Shown: positions 32,315 through 42,472 of the stretch, piece after piece
Layout of the letters: the number at the start of each line of letters is the position of its first letter
Position numbering within the stretch: position 1 is the first letter of the stretch
From: a virus
Lineage: Duplodnaviria > Heunggongvirae > Uroviricota > Caudoviricetes
Virus record (IMG/VR): IMGVR_UViG_2778261179_000006
Span: 1-64,000 of that record
Length of the DNA: 64,000 nucleotides
Strand: one strand, 5' to 3'
Position numbers and translations under genes: made by a program
The notes under the pieces: model-generated
What the model was told of the DNA's origin: nothing
Seen by the model: only the letters and a program-made list of their open reading frames with translations
The model's database searches: none

Positions 32315-32670
32315 TTCTTTTCACATTCCTTAGTCCATTTTTCAATGTTCATTTTGGCAATATCAGTCATTCCATCACCTAAGAAATACTTTCTCCGGTA
32401 CGTCTTGCACTTAAACCACACTACAACAGCCACCAGCCAGAAAATAAAAGGCCATACAGCAATACCAACTCCAGCCGCGATAAAGCCCAATAGCCATAAA
32501 TGAAGCTCTCCAACTTCTGTTTGCGGCAATATTCTTAAAGAATTAAGCAGCAGACTGAAGGAATAGTCGTATGCATTGGCGGTATAAGACATGCAATCCA
32601 TATAATTAAAGTCATAGCCTGCGGCTGCCGCCCATAATGGGCGGTCAAGAAAATGTTTTAGTGTCATCAT
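32296..32670 (-). CDS. hypothetical membrane protein
   Basis: 124 aa with two hydrophobic helices and a Lys-rich tail. Confidence 0.4.
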   Translation of the reverse strand: MMTLKHFLDRPLWAAAAGYDFNYMDCMSYTANAYDYSFSLLLNSLRILPQTEVGELHLWLLGFIAAGVGIAVWPFIFWLVAVVVWFKCKTYRRKYFLGDGMTDIAKMNIEKWTKECEKKWRKKK

Positions 32671-32676
32671 ATAAAT

Positions 32677-33066
32677 TTAAGGTTCAGACCAGTTATCTTC
32701 AATAGCAATGCTTAATCTTTGTAGCCATTCTGCTAATTTCAGCATTGCTTCTCTTTCGCTTAAACCACGCGGGAAATCATCAAGCGCAATTGTTGGCTTG
32801 AAGTTCCCAAAATTATCCATTTCAACGGTCAGATTTTGCTCCAGCACGGTATTCCTTACGCGGCTATTGTGCCGAAGCAAATATACTGAACGTGATTTAT
32901 TGGTTTTGTGGTCGAGCTGATATTCGGTAAGTATCATCTGGCTTTTGCCATGACTATTACCTCTCCACATACCTACCTCACTTAATAAAACAACTCCATG
33001 CGTAGTTGATGATTTTTCCCCACGTAATATAAATCTGCACTCCGGCAGTAAAACCAAAGCCAACAA
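32677..33066 (-). CDS. hypothetical protein
   Basis: 129-aa ORF; start uncertain; an alternative 40-codon hydrophobic ORF starts at 33100 in another frame. Confidence 0.3.
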   Translation of the reverse strand: MLALVLLPECRFILRGEKSSTTHGVVLLSEVGMWRGNSHGKSQMILTEYQLDHKTNKSRSVYLLRHNSRVRNTVLEQNLTVEMDNFGNFKPTIALDDFPRGLSEREAMLKLAEWLQRLSIAIEDNWSEP

Positions 33067-33148
33067 TTGCTGAAAAAATCAAAGCATTTACTTTTGACAT
33101 TATAAATTTTCTCTCGGCGTCGTAGGTGATAGCACCATAATTGATAAT

Positions 33149-33400
33149 TTAGTGAGTTAGCAGTTCCATTTTTTGGATGATTTCCGCATGAGCATCATCG
33201 TTATCAACACTTAAATCGTTTAATGCCTTTCGCACTACATCAACTTCTTCTGGTTGGAAGAAGTCATCTCGGTAGTCACCAAATAGAACCGAAACAAGCC
33301 TGCCACCAGCAACATCAAGATTGGCGCTAACAGGTGGCTCTTTGCCATCCTCAAATTCGACTACAAAAGTTATTTTTCCCATCGTTACCACCAGCGACAA
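33149..33400 (-). CDS. hypothetical protein
   Basis: 83-aa acidic ORF in operon context. Confidence 0.35.
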   Translation of the reverse strand: MSLVVTMGKITFVVEFEDGKEPPVSANLDVAGGRLVSVLFGDYRDDFFQPEEVDVVRKALNDLSVDNDDAHAEIIQKMELLTH

Positions 33401-33464
33401 ATTGAATACAAACCCAGTGCTGCCGCCATCACAATTCCTACCGTTGCGAATGCTTCAGGCCAGC

Positions 33465-34043
33465 TCATTGACCTGCCTCCTGGGAAGGTTCTGGTAGCAG
33501 CATCCAGAACAAGGCGTTCCCTAACCAGGATAAAGTGCCGTCGCTCAACTCCACGTATTCCCCTTGCACCTGTCCTGCCATATACTCACCGTGCTTTGAA
33601 TAAATTAAAATCCAATCATCTTGAGCGGGCATTCGCTCACTACAGCTTATCCAACCATCCGGAGTTACCGGAGAGTTGCCATTCACAAGGTCAGCTCGAA
33701 CATATAGCGTGTCATCATGGTGCTGATTGTGGCTGCACCACGTTAATTCGCTTAACTCGCCATTTTCTGGCCATACTCCAGCCGTTTGCAGCCAGATATG
33801 GGCTGGCGCATCCTGGCAAGGTGTATTAACTGGAAACTTGTAAGTTTGGCTTACAGGTTCTGCACTATCAGCTTCGCGCCGCTTCTGTAGCTCTGCTGCC
33901 ATCGCTCTCACGACTTCAACTGGTGCCCTTGCAGCAAACTCTATGTTGGTGATCAGCTCATTAAGATATTGCTCGCCTGGATACTGTTTCTTATCGGTTA
34001 TAGTGGTCATATCACTCTCCTTTTCCCTGAAGCATAGCGGCAC
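33465..34043 (-). CDS. hypothetical protein
   Basis: 192-aa ORF in operon context. Confidence 0.4.
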   Translation of the reverse strand: MPLCFREKESDMTTITDKKQYPGEQYLNELITNIEFAARAPVEVVRAMAAELQKRREADSAEPVSQTYKFPVNTPCQDAPAHIWLQTAGVWPENGELSELTWCSHNQHHDDTLYVRADLVNGNSPVTPDGWISCSERMPAQDDWILIYSKHGEYMAGQVQGEYVELSDGTLSWLGNALFWMLLPEPSQEAGQ

Positions 34044-34608
34044 GGCAGGCGTTCCAGCCTCTCACCTCTGCAATAGCGGCAACAGCATCGACCGCGTACA
34101 TGCTAAGAGGATTAGGTATTGGTTTTTCTTCCGGTACTACTGGAACGAGGGGAGCGGCGTAGACCTCAATAATTCCATTATCAATAGGCCATTCTCCATC
34201 CTTGAGGTAGTCACTTGTGCCGTCAACTTGCTGTTCTGCAATGTGGAATGCACCTATTGGTTTTGCTTCCAGCGATGCCAGAGCAATTCGTGCCAGTTCT
34301 TCCGCTTCTTCTGCTGGCAGTACAACGTTGCTACCAGGTCCGTATGTTTCGCGCCACTGCTTGATTGTCAGCAGTCGCTCTTTGGTTATAGTGGTCATGG
34401 GTTTTCCATCCGCCATCTCTTCATCGGTTTCCCATAAAACTCGCGCCTGCCCCTCACAGACTTGAATGACTCCGCCACGACCGCAGGAGTTGCACTTAAC
34501 GGCATCGTCATCCCACAAGGCGGTTTCATTTCCGCGAGCTGTTTTGACCGTGTGTGATTTATTCCCGCAGCGGCATTTGTTGAGCCAGTCAATAGTGAAA
34601 GTTTTCAT
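34012..34608 (-). CDS. hypothetical Cys-containing protein
   Basis: 198-aa ORF; N-terminal CRCG...CNSCG zinc-ribbon-like pattern. Confidence 0.4.
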   Translation of the reverse strand: MKTFTIDWLNKCRCGNKSHTVKTARGNETALWDDDAVKCNSCGRGGVIQVCEGQARVLWETDEEMADGKPMTTITKERLLTIKQWRETYGPGSNVVLPAEEAEELARIALASLEAKPIGAFHIAEQQVDGTSDYLKDGEWPIDNGIIEVYAAPLVPVVPEEKPIPNPLSMYAVDAVAAIAEVRGWNACRAAMLQGKGE

Positions 34609-34904
34609 GATGCCTCTCCTTTACCCGCTGCTTTCGCCTGCTCTTTAGCAAGTCGCTCCGCTTCTCTGAAATCCCAATCCACTCGATGTGCTATATCAAT
34701 TGCAGAGCGCACGGTTCGCTCAATTAGCGTATCCAGATTGTCAATTGTCATTGCCATATCTGGATTGCGAGATAAAATCTCCGCCCTCTGAATCTGCCAG
34801 TTGTTGCAGGTTTCAAGTAATGAGTTAGCCATATCACTCTCCTTTAGTGCGCAAGTGGTTTTTCCAGCGGTTTTGCGCCGCGCTGGGCTTTTTGCAAAAA
34901 CCAC
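34605..34904 (-). CDS. hypothetical protein
   Basis: 99-aa ORF, 4-nt overlap with downstream gene. Confidence 0.35.
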   Translation of the reverse strand: MVFAKSPARRKTAGKTTCALKESDMANSLLETCNNWQIQRAEILSRNPDMAMTIDNLDTLIERTVRSAIDIAHRVDWDFREAERLAKEQAKAAGKGEAS

Positions 34905-35367
34905 AATCCATCATCCCGTAATATTTCATCAACCCCATCCGTCGGTTGCTGAGTCTCACCAACTGCCAGACGCCAGGAGCGTTTCTACGAACTAACAGAA
35001 TCTTTGCTTTACGGTTTTTCATCTTACAGCGTACCCTTTCTTCCGCCTGTTCTGTGACGCAGTAGGCTTACGCTTTGCGGCAAAAGCCACCTGACCAAAT
35101 GGATGGAGTACCGCTATCTTATGGTTGCTAATAACCAGCTCCACCACACGCACAGGTCGCTGTAAAAAAAGTCGTTTTGCCTTACGGTTTTTCATCGCTT
35201 TGCTCTCCTGCGTCTCTTTGCTGCTCGTCGTGCCGCTGCAATACCGGTATGGCGGCGCTTTGGTGCCGGGATGATGTTGTCAGCCATCAGGACATGTGGC
35301 TTTGCAATTAGCGCAGAAGCCCAAAAACGAGTCGGGTACGGTAACAAGCCGATACATGCCACACGCA

Positions 35368-36015
35368 CTACTCACCTCCGTTGATGCGAATGCCAGCGGC
35401 ACGGGAATCATTCCATCGCTTTACTTCTTCACGAATTACGTCAATGCATTCTTTCGAATCCATTAGGTAATCTTCATCAAAAAGCCTTTCCTGTTCGTTT
35501 TCTATCGCAACAATGATTGCTTCAACTAACTTTTGTGCCTGAGAACCACTTTCTAACTCTGCAATGCGCTTCTCTGCGGCTTCCAGCTTCTCGCGCATAT
35601 CGTCAACGTACTCGACCAGAGATCCGCCAGCAGGAATTTCGCACTCCTCGACCAGTTGGAAGTAGATATCAGCTGCGGCCCGTGTGTTGCTATGCCTAGC
35701 GTCGCCCATCTCACCTTCACGAAGAGCATCGCGTTCGGCGGTAAGATTGGCTATTTTGCTGTCTTTGCCTTCCAGCTCAACGCGAAGCCTCCCTACCGTT
35801 AGCGCAATTTCCTCGTTCTCCTGGTCACGGCGTTTGATGTATTGCTGGTTTCTTTCCAGTTCATCCAACAATGCCAGCGCGATATCTGGCGAAAAGTGCT
35901 TCATAAAATCGTTAAGCGCATTAATTCGCTGATCGAAAGGCATTACAGGTGCTTCACCAGCAATTTTTGTTTTTTCAGCGATTTCACGAAGCTTTTGATA
36001 ATCAATCTTGCTCAT
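35368..36015 (-). CDS. hypothetical protein, member of a paralogous family (N-terminal INYQxLREAAE motif)
   Basis: 215 aa; N-terminus MSKIDYQKLREIAEK shared with two neighbouring genes. Confidence 0.45.
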   Translation of the reverse strand: MSKIDYQKLREIAEKTKIAGEAPVMPFDQRINALNDFMKHFSPDIALALLDELERNQQYIKRRDQENEEIALTVGRLRVELEGKDSKIANLTAERDALREGEMGDARHSNTRAAADIYFQLVEECEIPAGGSLVEYVDDMREKLEAAEKRIAELESGSQAQKLVEAIIVAIENEQERLFDEDYLMDSKECIDVIREEVKRWNDSRAAGIRINGGE

Positions 36016-36713
36016 TGGATGACTCCTTTACGAAGCTGTTCGGCGATATCTTCGAGAACGCCATCAGAGAATGAACGGTCAAAATCGCCTTCCGGCGCAT
36101 TGGCCATAAACTCAGTAGAGGTAAGAATCATCCGGGCAATATCCGCAGCGTTCTTCGCAGTATCATCAATAAAACCAGCTTTCCAGGCTGCCAACATTCT
36201 GTTCGCCACAAAATAAGCGCCTTCCTTGCGTGCTTCAGTCTTCACTTCAGCTAGAAAAGCATCGGTAGCTGGAGTTTCGCTGTGGTGCAGGGCATCGTTG
36301 ATAATCATTGCAGCAACTCCGGCCTGCCCTGCATCCGTGACCGACACATGCTCAAGAGTTACGGCCATTGCGTGTTTCAGCCCGGCGTTCTCTGCCACCA
36401 GCGCCGCGAGATTAGTCTCAAGCTCTGCAATTCGACACATAGCATCAATATTTGTGTCCTCCAGGCACTTAATTTCACCAAGCAGCTCCAGTGCAACCTT
36501 TGGGTTGAACGCGGCAACATGACGAGCGTTGTTCTCTGCATTTTTCTGTCCATCAAAGCCGGTCCATTTGATAACGTCTTCACATCGTTCATCACCGGGC
36601 GTGTGCACCGCATAAGTACCAGTCTCCGTCGAAATAAATGCGACCCATTCGTCTGGTGTTGCCTTTTCTGCCGCCTCACGCAGTACCTGATAGTCAATTG
36701 TCATTCTCGCCAT
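36012..36713 (-). CDS. hypothetical protein, paralogous family member
   Basis: 233 aa; MTIDYQVLREAAEKATPDEWVAF N-terminus and ETPATDAF...AEQLRKG C-terminus shared with the 37342-38174 locus. Confidence 0.45.
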   Translation of the reverse strand: MARMTIDYQVLREAAEKATPDEWVAFISTETGTYAVHTPGDERCEDVIKWTGFDGQKNAENNARHVAAFNPKVALELLGEIKCLEDTNIDAMCRIAELETNLAALVAENAGLKHAMAVTLEHVSVTDAGQAGVAAMIINDALHHSETPATDAFLAEVKTEARKEGAYFVANRMLAAWKAGFIDDTAKNAADIARMILTSTEFMANAPEGDFDRSFSDGVLEDIAEQLRKGVIQ

Positions 36714-37345
36714 CCTTCACAGTTGTAATCACTACAGCCTTCAAAATCATATGGGCTGTACTGCCAGGTTATTTTTCCGCAATGCGGACAATTCCAACGC
36801 ACCTTCCCGCTTCGCGACTTCTTTCTTCTGTTCTGCTCTTCCAACCAGTCAGGCATGACCAAACCTGCGCCCTGAACCATTGTTCTGCGGTTAAAGTTAT
36901 TGATATTGAACGTCCGACGCATTGCTGCATCAGCAATGGAAAATGGCAACCAAACTATTCCTGGTTCGTTTTTGTTGGCGACGCTAAAGATGGTCGCTTT
37001 ACTGAAGTCATCTGTTGGCAATCCACCGTGTTGAAGCCAGTAAACATCGTTGCCGTTCCAGCTACCTTTTTTGTAGGCCACATACGCAGTGCAATCTGAC
37101 TCAATCAGGCTTTCTGTAGGGATGTACTGGCAATCAACGTGCCACACAGCCATTGCATCCACACTATCGGCACAAACAGGCTGATCGATATCTCGACCAC
37201 AATTCCAGGCTTTTTGGGCTTCTTCCAGCGTGTAAACATGAGCGCGATCGATATTAGAACTGTAACCATTGCCGTTATGGCAATGGAATGAAGCGTTATT
37301 ACCCACAGTTTCACGCAAGCACATCATGTAAAAGCGGTTATTCAC
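36701..37345 (-). CDS. hypothetical Cys-rich protein
   Basis: 214 aa; C-terminal CPHCG...CSDYNCEG. Confidence 0.4.
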   Translation of the reverse strand: MNNRFYMMCLRETVGNNASFHCHNGNGYSSNIDRAHVYTLEEAQKAWNCGRDIDQPVCADSVDAMAVWHVDCQYIPTESLIESDCTAYVAYKKGSWNGNDVYWLQHGGLPTDDFSKATIFSVANKNEPGIVWLPFSIADAAMRRTFNINNFNRRTMVQGAGLVMPDWLEEQNRRKKSRSGKVRWNCPHCGKITWQYSPYDFEGCSDYNCEGWRE

Positions 37346-38115
37346 TGGCTGCCTCCTTTGCGAAGCTGGGCAGCAAAGTCAACTAACCACTCAGTCATTT
37401 CAACCTTCCCTACCAGGTCTGAACCAGGGTGCATACAGCAATCACTCTGCGCCGCTTTGAAATCCTTACACTCATATTCTTGGGCCACCAGATTTTTTGC
37501 AGCTTCTATAGCAGCATCCACCCCCTGCGCCCGGACTTCAGCCATGAAAGCGTCGGTGGCTGGGGTTTCGATATTAGGCAGAAGCGCATAATCGCAAATC
37601 GTATCGATCGCAGGATCACAACAGTCATCCTCGTTGCGTGGTCGTTCGCCAACCTTCGTTGACGATTGCATGATGATTCCCCAGCAAATACTATCGACCT
37701 CTTCGCTCCATCCATCGCAAGCATCACCGCGATAGTCGTCGATTGCAGCCTCAGCCGATTCGATAGCTTCCTCAGCAGTTTTGTGCCATTCGAAATTATG
37801 CTCAGAGCCATATGAGAAATATGAATGTCCCGCCTTCAGCCCCGCATTCTCAGCAGCCAGCGCCGCGCACTTGGCCTCAAGAGCGGCAACCACTTCCTGA
37901 TGGTCTTTGTACTTAACGTATGAGCCGGAGATGTCATCACCTTCGGTGTTTAGCCATGCGTCATTGCAATTCACTGCGTAGGTTCTGATGCTCATGCTGA
38001 TGCTCTCCCGCCCCTGACAGACGCCAGGCCAGTCAATAAAGTATCCGCAATGCCTACCCTCAGACGTGCGCGCAGGATAAATGCCGTTATGACCGGCAAA
38101 ATATATGCTACCCAT
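37342..38115 (-). CDS. paralogous family member, apparently frameshifted relative to its N-terminal segment (37992-38174)
   Basis: C-terminal two-thirds align with the 36012 gene product; the family N-terminal motif MSKINYQELREAAEQATQDEWVAY is encoded in a different frame at 38174-37992. Confidence 0.35.
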   Translation of the reverse strand: MGSIYFAGHNGIYPARTSEGRHCGYFIDWPGVCQGRESISMSIRTYAVNCNDAWLNTEGDDISGSYVKYKDHQEVVAALEAKCAALAAENAGLKAGHSYFSYGSEHNFEWHKTAEEAIESAEAAIDDYRGDACDGWSEEVDSICWGIIMQSSTKVGERPRNEDDCCDPAIDTICDYALLPNIETPATDAFMAEVRAQGVDAAIEAAKNLVAQEYECKDFKAAQSDCCMHPGSDLVGKVEMTEWLVDFAAQLRKGGSQ

Positions 38116-38160
38116 TCATCTTGCGTTGCCTGTTCCGCCGCCTCGCGCAGTTCTTGATAG

Positions 38161-38748
38161 TTAATTTTGCTCACTGGTTGCCCCCTGAATACGCTTAAAC
38201 TCGATTACCCACACCCAAGGATTAGCGTTCCAACTATCTTCGCCATAAATTGATTTCCATAGGCTACGGAAACTTGGGTAATGCTTATCGCCAATGAGGG
38301 TCGATTCTGTTGGTGCGCCCTCAGCCCTTGCATCGCATTCGCTGATATCGTTCAACCGCTCAACGCGCACGTTGGTAATTTCCAGAAGAATGCGCGATGC
38401 CCAGCGCGGCATGTGAATTGATGGCGTCCACTTTTCTGATACTGGTTTATTACAGACCTCGACCGGAACCCGGTGCGTTTGTTCTGTCCAGGAGTTACGC
38501 ACGCTTGCGCGATAAACCAGCGTTGCGACGTCCGTCGCTTTGCCATGTACCCGGTAGGTTTCGCGAACCCAAATACGATCGCCCGGTTGACCATATGGAC
38601 AATGCTTGGCAAGCAACTCTGCGGCCACTGCCCGTCCATAGAATTTTTCTTCAACAATCCTGCGAGTCTGTGTTTTATTCCCGCCAAGAATTGCCCGGAC
38701 CATCTCATCGTTAAAAATCATGCCGCGCTCTTTCACTTCGCCTTTCAT
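38161..38748 (-). CDS. hypothetical protein (ASCH/PUA-like N-terminus)
   Basis: 195 aa; MIFNDEMVRAILGGNKTQTRR...PGDRIWVRET. Confidence 0.4.
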   Translation of the reverse strand: MKGEVKERGMIFNDEMVRAILGGNKTQTRRIVEEKFYGRAVAAELLAKHCPYGQPGDRIWVRETYRVHGKATDVATLVYRASVRNSWTEQTHRVPVEVCNKPVSEKWTPSIHMPRWASRILLEITNVRVERLNDISECDARAEGAPTESTLIGDKHYPSFRSLWKSIYGEDSWNANPWVWVIEFKRIQGATSEQN

Positions 38749-38760
38749 GCATCCCCCTTA

Positions 38761-38847
38761 CCCATGTGCGACGATGCCGCCAAAAGTGATAGAGAACAGC
38801 CAGAAATAGATCGCGGCCATAATGATTTTGAATGCCGTGTTCATATT
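38761..38847 (-). CDS. candidate 28-aa membrane peptide
   Basis: AGGAG SD then ATG; MNTAFKIIMAAIYFWLFSITFGGIVAHG; lies between a C1 operator and the operon. Confidence 0.25.
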
Positions 38848-38921
38848 TTCAGCTCCTGTGATTGGATACATGCCGCGCCTTGCGGCATGTTTTTATTTTC
38901 ACTTTCTCTGTTTTAAAAATC

Positions 38922-38938
38922 AATATTTATTAGAGCAA
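38922..38938 (-). promoter_or_regulatory. C1 operator-like site
   Basis: ATATTTATTAGAGCAAT, one mismatch to consensus. Confidence 0.6.
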
Positions 38939-39445
38939 TTATTGTTGATGGAGAAGCGCGTTTTCATACTCCCTGACCATTAACGTAAGCACGCCGTGCC
39001 TCCTGAATACACGCGCCACTTCAATCTTATCTTCCAGCGCGAACGCAATTTTACTTAGACCAATTTTCTTAAGGAGATCAATCTTTGCTGGACCGTCATT
39101 TCTGTCATCGGTGGCAGGACGCATAGATAGCAAAGGCTCAGCCCCATTTGTTACGTGCTTACGCAACCAGGCTCGTGTTTTATCCCTGGCTATCTCACAG
39201 CGCCCGGTTACAAACCAGAGGGTGTAAATGCCGGACAACTGGCGCACCATATCAATAACTGGAGTGATGGGAGCATCAGTGTCACAGGCAAGGTTAAACT
39301 CGTTCCAGTGCTCTGTTAATGCACCTTTGCCAGGTGGTGGAAGTAAATGCAGCCTGTCTTCCGTTGCCTCTGATATCGTCCCATCAATATCTACTATGAC
39401 GATGTACGGACGTTCCTGGTGTGCGTGTTTATTGAAAATACTCAA
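38939..39445 (-). CDS. HAD-superfamily phosphatase-like protein
   Basis: 168 aa; N-terminal IVIVDIDGT (DxDGT) motif. Confidence 0.5.
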   Translation of the reverse strand: MSIFNKHAHQERPYIVIVDIDGTISEATEDRLHLLPPPGKGALTEHWNEFNLACDTDAPITPVIDMVRQLSGIYTLWFVTGRCEIARDKTRAWLRKHVTNGAEPLLSMRPATDDRNDGPAKIDLLKKIGLSKIAFALEDKIEVARVFRRHGVLTLMVREYENALLHQQ

Positions 39446-39517
39446 ATGCCCTCCTCATTGGACGAAAAAAATGCTGGTGGGAGCACTCCACCAGCATTAA
39501 AAGTGACACTGTAACTA

Positions 39518-40780
39518 TCAGCGAACGTAAATAGTGCCGCCGTTCTCTTTTTCCCATGCATCGCTACGTGCATAGCAAACATCGAGAAGTCTTCTTGCCG
39601 CAGTTTCCTCTAAACCCAATTCGACAACCAACTGCTCATGACGGCGGGTAACCACATCAAACAGGGTATGCAGCCCTTTAGTTGCCAGATCATCAATGAA
39701 TTCCGGTTCGAACGGCAGCTCTGCATCTGCCAACATAACCTCTTGCGCCCACTCGACACGGCGGACCAGTTCCGGGCGGCGGCTTTCCATCTCTTTACAG
39801 ATCAATTCATGGAAGAACTCTACCCAACCTTCCGGCTGGAACTCGCGGAAAATTGCCAACGGCTGGAAGTTTGGCATCAACCATTCGTTGATTCGGATAT
39901 CAATGGCATAGCCCATGTCGCAGCAGAACTGATAAGCAAAGTCCAGCTTAGAAACGATATAAGGACGCTCGTTATTGAACTCTTTAGGCGATGAGATCCC
40001 ATAAGCCAGGAGACGCGGGAAGAAGGAGATTTGCCCTAACGTCGGATGAAGTTTGCTTGCAGGGAAACGGTGCTCAGTAATGCCATACATTTCCTTCTTG
40101 AGCGTCGCAAATTTGGCATTCTCATTAACCAGCGCGGTAACCTCTGCTTTTTTATTAGCAAATGCCACGCGCGCTTCGCTTGCATCTTTAATAGTTTTTT
40201 TGAGCTGTTGGTTAAGGTCGGCGACCTGCTTACGCAGTTCCTGTCGCTCGCTTTTAGCTTTGTTATAGCGTTTCTCAAGGTTAAAAGGATCAAGTTTCAT
40301 GATCTCTTTATATTGAGATTTTAGCGTTGAAATCTGTGAGTTCCGCAGTTCAACCATCGCGGTCATTTCATTGAGTTTTGTTTCCAGCTCAATGCTTATA
40401 CGTTCGGCATTATCAGCACGCTGGTTGGCGTCATGCGTCGCATCGTCGATCGCGTCCTGTTGCTGGCGTTTCAAATGTTCAATTTCCAGCTGAAGCTCTT
40501 CAATTTCTTTACCCTTCAGACCGAGATCCAACTGCATATTTTCAGCTGCATCTACCAGGGAGTTATGGCTATCAGCTTCTGCGTTATAAACATCAATAAG
40601 CTGTGCGTGAAGCATCTCCGCTGACTGAACCGCATTATCAAAAAAACGCGCTGTGAGGTCATCACAACTAACGCGGCGTTGCGCGGCCCGGATGTTCTGG
40701 ATAATGGCCGGGATACCGGCATTCAGGACGTCAGGGATAGATACATTTTCGATTGATTGGTTTTGTGCTGAAGTGCTCAT
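39518..40780 (-). CDS. hypothetical coiled-coil protein
   Basis: 420 aa with an extended heptad-rich central region. Confidence 0.45.
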   Translation of the reverse strand: MSTSAQNQSIENVSIPDVLNAGIPAIIQNIRAAQRRVSCDDLTARFFDNAVQSAEMLHAQLIDVYNAEADSHNSLVDAAENMQLDLGLKGKEIEELQLEIEHLKRQQQDAIDDATHDANQRADNAERISIELETKLNEMTAMVELRNSQISTLKSQYKEIMKLDPFNLEKRYNKAKSERQELRKQVADLNQQLKKTIKDASEARVAFANKKAEVTALVNENAKFATLKKEMYGITEHRFPASKLHPTLGQISFFPRLLAYGISSPKEFNNERPYIVSKLDFAYQFCCDMGYAIDIRINEWLMPNFQPLAIFREFQPEGWVEFFHELICKEMESRRPELVRRVEWAQEVMLADAELPFEPEFIDDLATKGLHTLFDVVTRRHEQLVVELGLEETAARRLLDVCYARSDAWEKENGGTIYVR

Positions 40781-40781
40781 T

Positions 40782-41000
40782 TCAAAGTTCCGTATTAGCT
40801 TGTGCTTCGGTCATTTTTCCTAAGTATGAAGGAGGAAGGACTACGCAATTTGTATCCAGTCCCTCACCTATGGCAGCCTGTAAAATTCTGGCTAAGGTGA
40901 GTCTCTTGTTGCGATACCTGGTGATGACATGCCTGATACCGCCGGTCGGCGTAACAAAGGCGATCAGCCAGTAGTGATATTTCCGTCGGAATGGCCACAT
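40782..41000 (-). CDS. small hypothetical protein
   Basis: 72-aa ORF abutting the downstream gene, preceded by two operator-like sites. Confidence 0.3.
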   Translation of the reverse strand: MWPFRRKYHYWLIAFVTPTGGIRHVITRYRNKRLTLARILQAAIGEGLDTNCVVLPPSYLGKMTEAQANTEL

Positions 41001-41014
41001 AGTGCACCTTGTAG

Positions 41015-41031
41015 ATTGCTCTAATAAAAAA
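41015..41031 (+). promoter_or_regulatory. C1 operator-like site
   Basis: ATTGCTCTAATAAAAAA. Confidence 0.5.
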
Positions 41032-41063
41032 CGTGATGAGTGTACATCACGTTTTAAAAATAT

Positions 41064-41080
41064 GGAATTATTAGAGCAAT
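41064..41080 (-). promoter_or_regulatory. C1 operator-like site (inverted relative to 41015 site)
   Basis: GGAATTATTAGAGCAAT. Confidence 0.5.
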
Positions 41081-41081
41081 A

Positions 41082-41783
41082 TTATTCTGATTCTCGCTCA
41101 AAAAATGAGCTGATAAGGGGAAGCCAATCCTCTGACACTTCGCGAGGTCGCGGTTTGCCGTGGAAAAAGATTATTCGGCAGTCTTTTGGTAATGCCCCAT
41201 TCCCCCTGGAGTAACGCGCGCTCGCATATTTTGAACCAGGTTCCACAACATCGGCCTTGTAACTTACAAACCATCCTGGATACAGATCCTGAAATGCTGG
41301 TGTATCATCGCCCATAACCTTTCGTAAGAACCCCTGGTCACCCCAGCACTCAGTAGTGACACAACGAGAAATCCAACCTTCCGGATCTTGCCAGAATGAA
41401 CTCCAGATATGCGCTTTAACACTATTTGGTATCCACAGGGCACCGCTGCCACGATATTGTGGATGGTAAAAATCCCTAAGCATGGTGAAGCTGGTTGGTG
41501 GATGCTCTAGGATTGGGCGTATATCACCGGCAATAACCGTGTCCAAATCCAGATAGAACAGATCATCGGTTATATCCGGTCGGAACAACTCGATTTTCGC
41601 CCACCAGCCACGGCACTTTTGCCACTGGTTGATCAATGGGACAACTTTGACGCCAGGTACATGTAAACGCTTCAGGTCTGTCAGGCAAATAATTTCATAG
41701 CCTTTTGGCAGTTGATTAACCAGCCACTGCACATCGGAAGCGTTATAGTCACCACCAGAGCGAAAAACTAAAGCAATCTTCAT
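41082..41783 (-). CDS. hypothetical protein with DxD motif (possible GT-A-like glycosyltransferase)
   Basis: 233 aa; FYLDLDTV after a beta-alpha N-terminus. Confidence 0.4.
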   Translation of the reverse strand: MKIALVFRSGGDYNASDVQWLVNQLPKGYEIICLTDLKRLHVPGVKVVPLINQWQKCRGWWAKIELFRPDITDDLFYLDLDTVIAGDIRPILEHPPTSFTMLRDFYHPQYRGSGALWIPNSVKAHIWSSFWQDPEGWISRCVTTECWGDQGFLRKVMGDDTPAFQDLYPGWFVSYKADVVEPGSKYASARYSRGNGALPKDCRIIFFHGKPRPREVSEDWLPLISSFFERESE

Positions 41784-42472
41784 GCTGCACCATCACCTTT
41801 CACTTTCATCAATGTCAGGTTTCCGCAAAATACGGCACCAGTGTCGATATACTGCTGATTCCAGAATGTCTTCGGGCTTTTCACCGGAGTGTGGCCAAAG
41901 ATAAAACGATCTGCGCCCGAAATTTCGCCACCAATATCATCCATCGAATCACTGATACGCTCGCGCGCCCAGACAACGTTGAAAAGCGGTACCTCCTTAC
42001 CGAATTGGTATTCATTATCCGGATAGTCGGCATGGGCTATAACGATAGTTTCTTGCCCGGTGTTCAACTCAATGATATAGGGCAGACGCTTTACCAGCTC
42101 CACCAGCGCCCAGGCTAATATTTCCTGATCAGTGTCCAGCATGAAGAACCATTGTCCGCCATTCATTAGCCAGTTATTCACGTTGCCATCTGGACTTAAC
42201 GCATCAATCATCAGCCGCTCATGGTTCCCCATCACTGCCCTGAACCAGGGCATCTGCAATAGTTCCAGACATTCGACATTTTCAGTACCGCGATCGATAA
42301 GGTCGCCGACCGATATCAGTAAATCCTGCGCCGGGTCAAAATCCACACGATGGAGTTCGGACATCAGTCTGGTGTAGCAACCATGCAGATCACCAACAAC
42401 CCAGACATTCCTGTATTTGGTACCGTCGATACGGTGATAAATTGTGGGTGCCATCATGTATTCTTCAGCCAT
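41780..42472 (-). CDS. ppp: Ser/Thr protein phosphatase (metallophosphoesterase, lambda-PPase-like)
   Basis: 230 aa; GDLHG, GDLIDRG, GNHE motifs. Confidence 0.8.
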   Translation of the reverse strand: MAEEYMMAPTIYHRIDGTKYRNVWVVGDLHGCYTRLMSELHRVDFDPAQDLLISVGDLIDRGTENVECLELLQMPWFRAVMGNHERLMIDALSPDGNVNNWLMNGGQWFFMLDTDQEILAWALVELVKRLPYIIELNTGQETIVIAHADYPDNEYQFGKEVPLFNVVWARERISDSMDDIGGEISGADRFIFGHTPVKSPKTFWNQQYIDTGAVFCGNLTLMKVKGDGAA

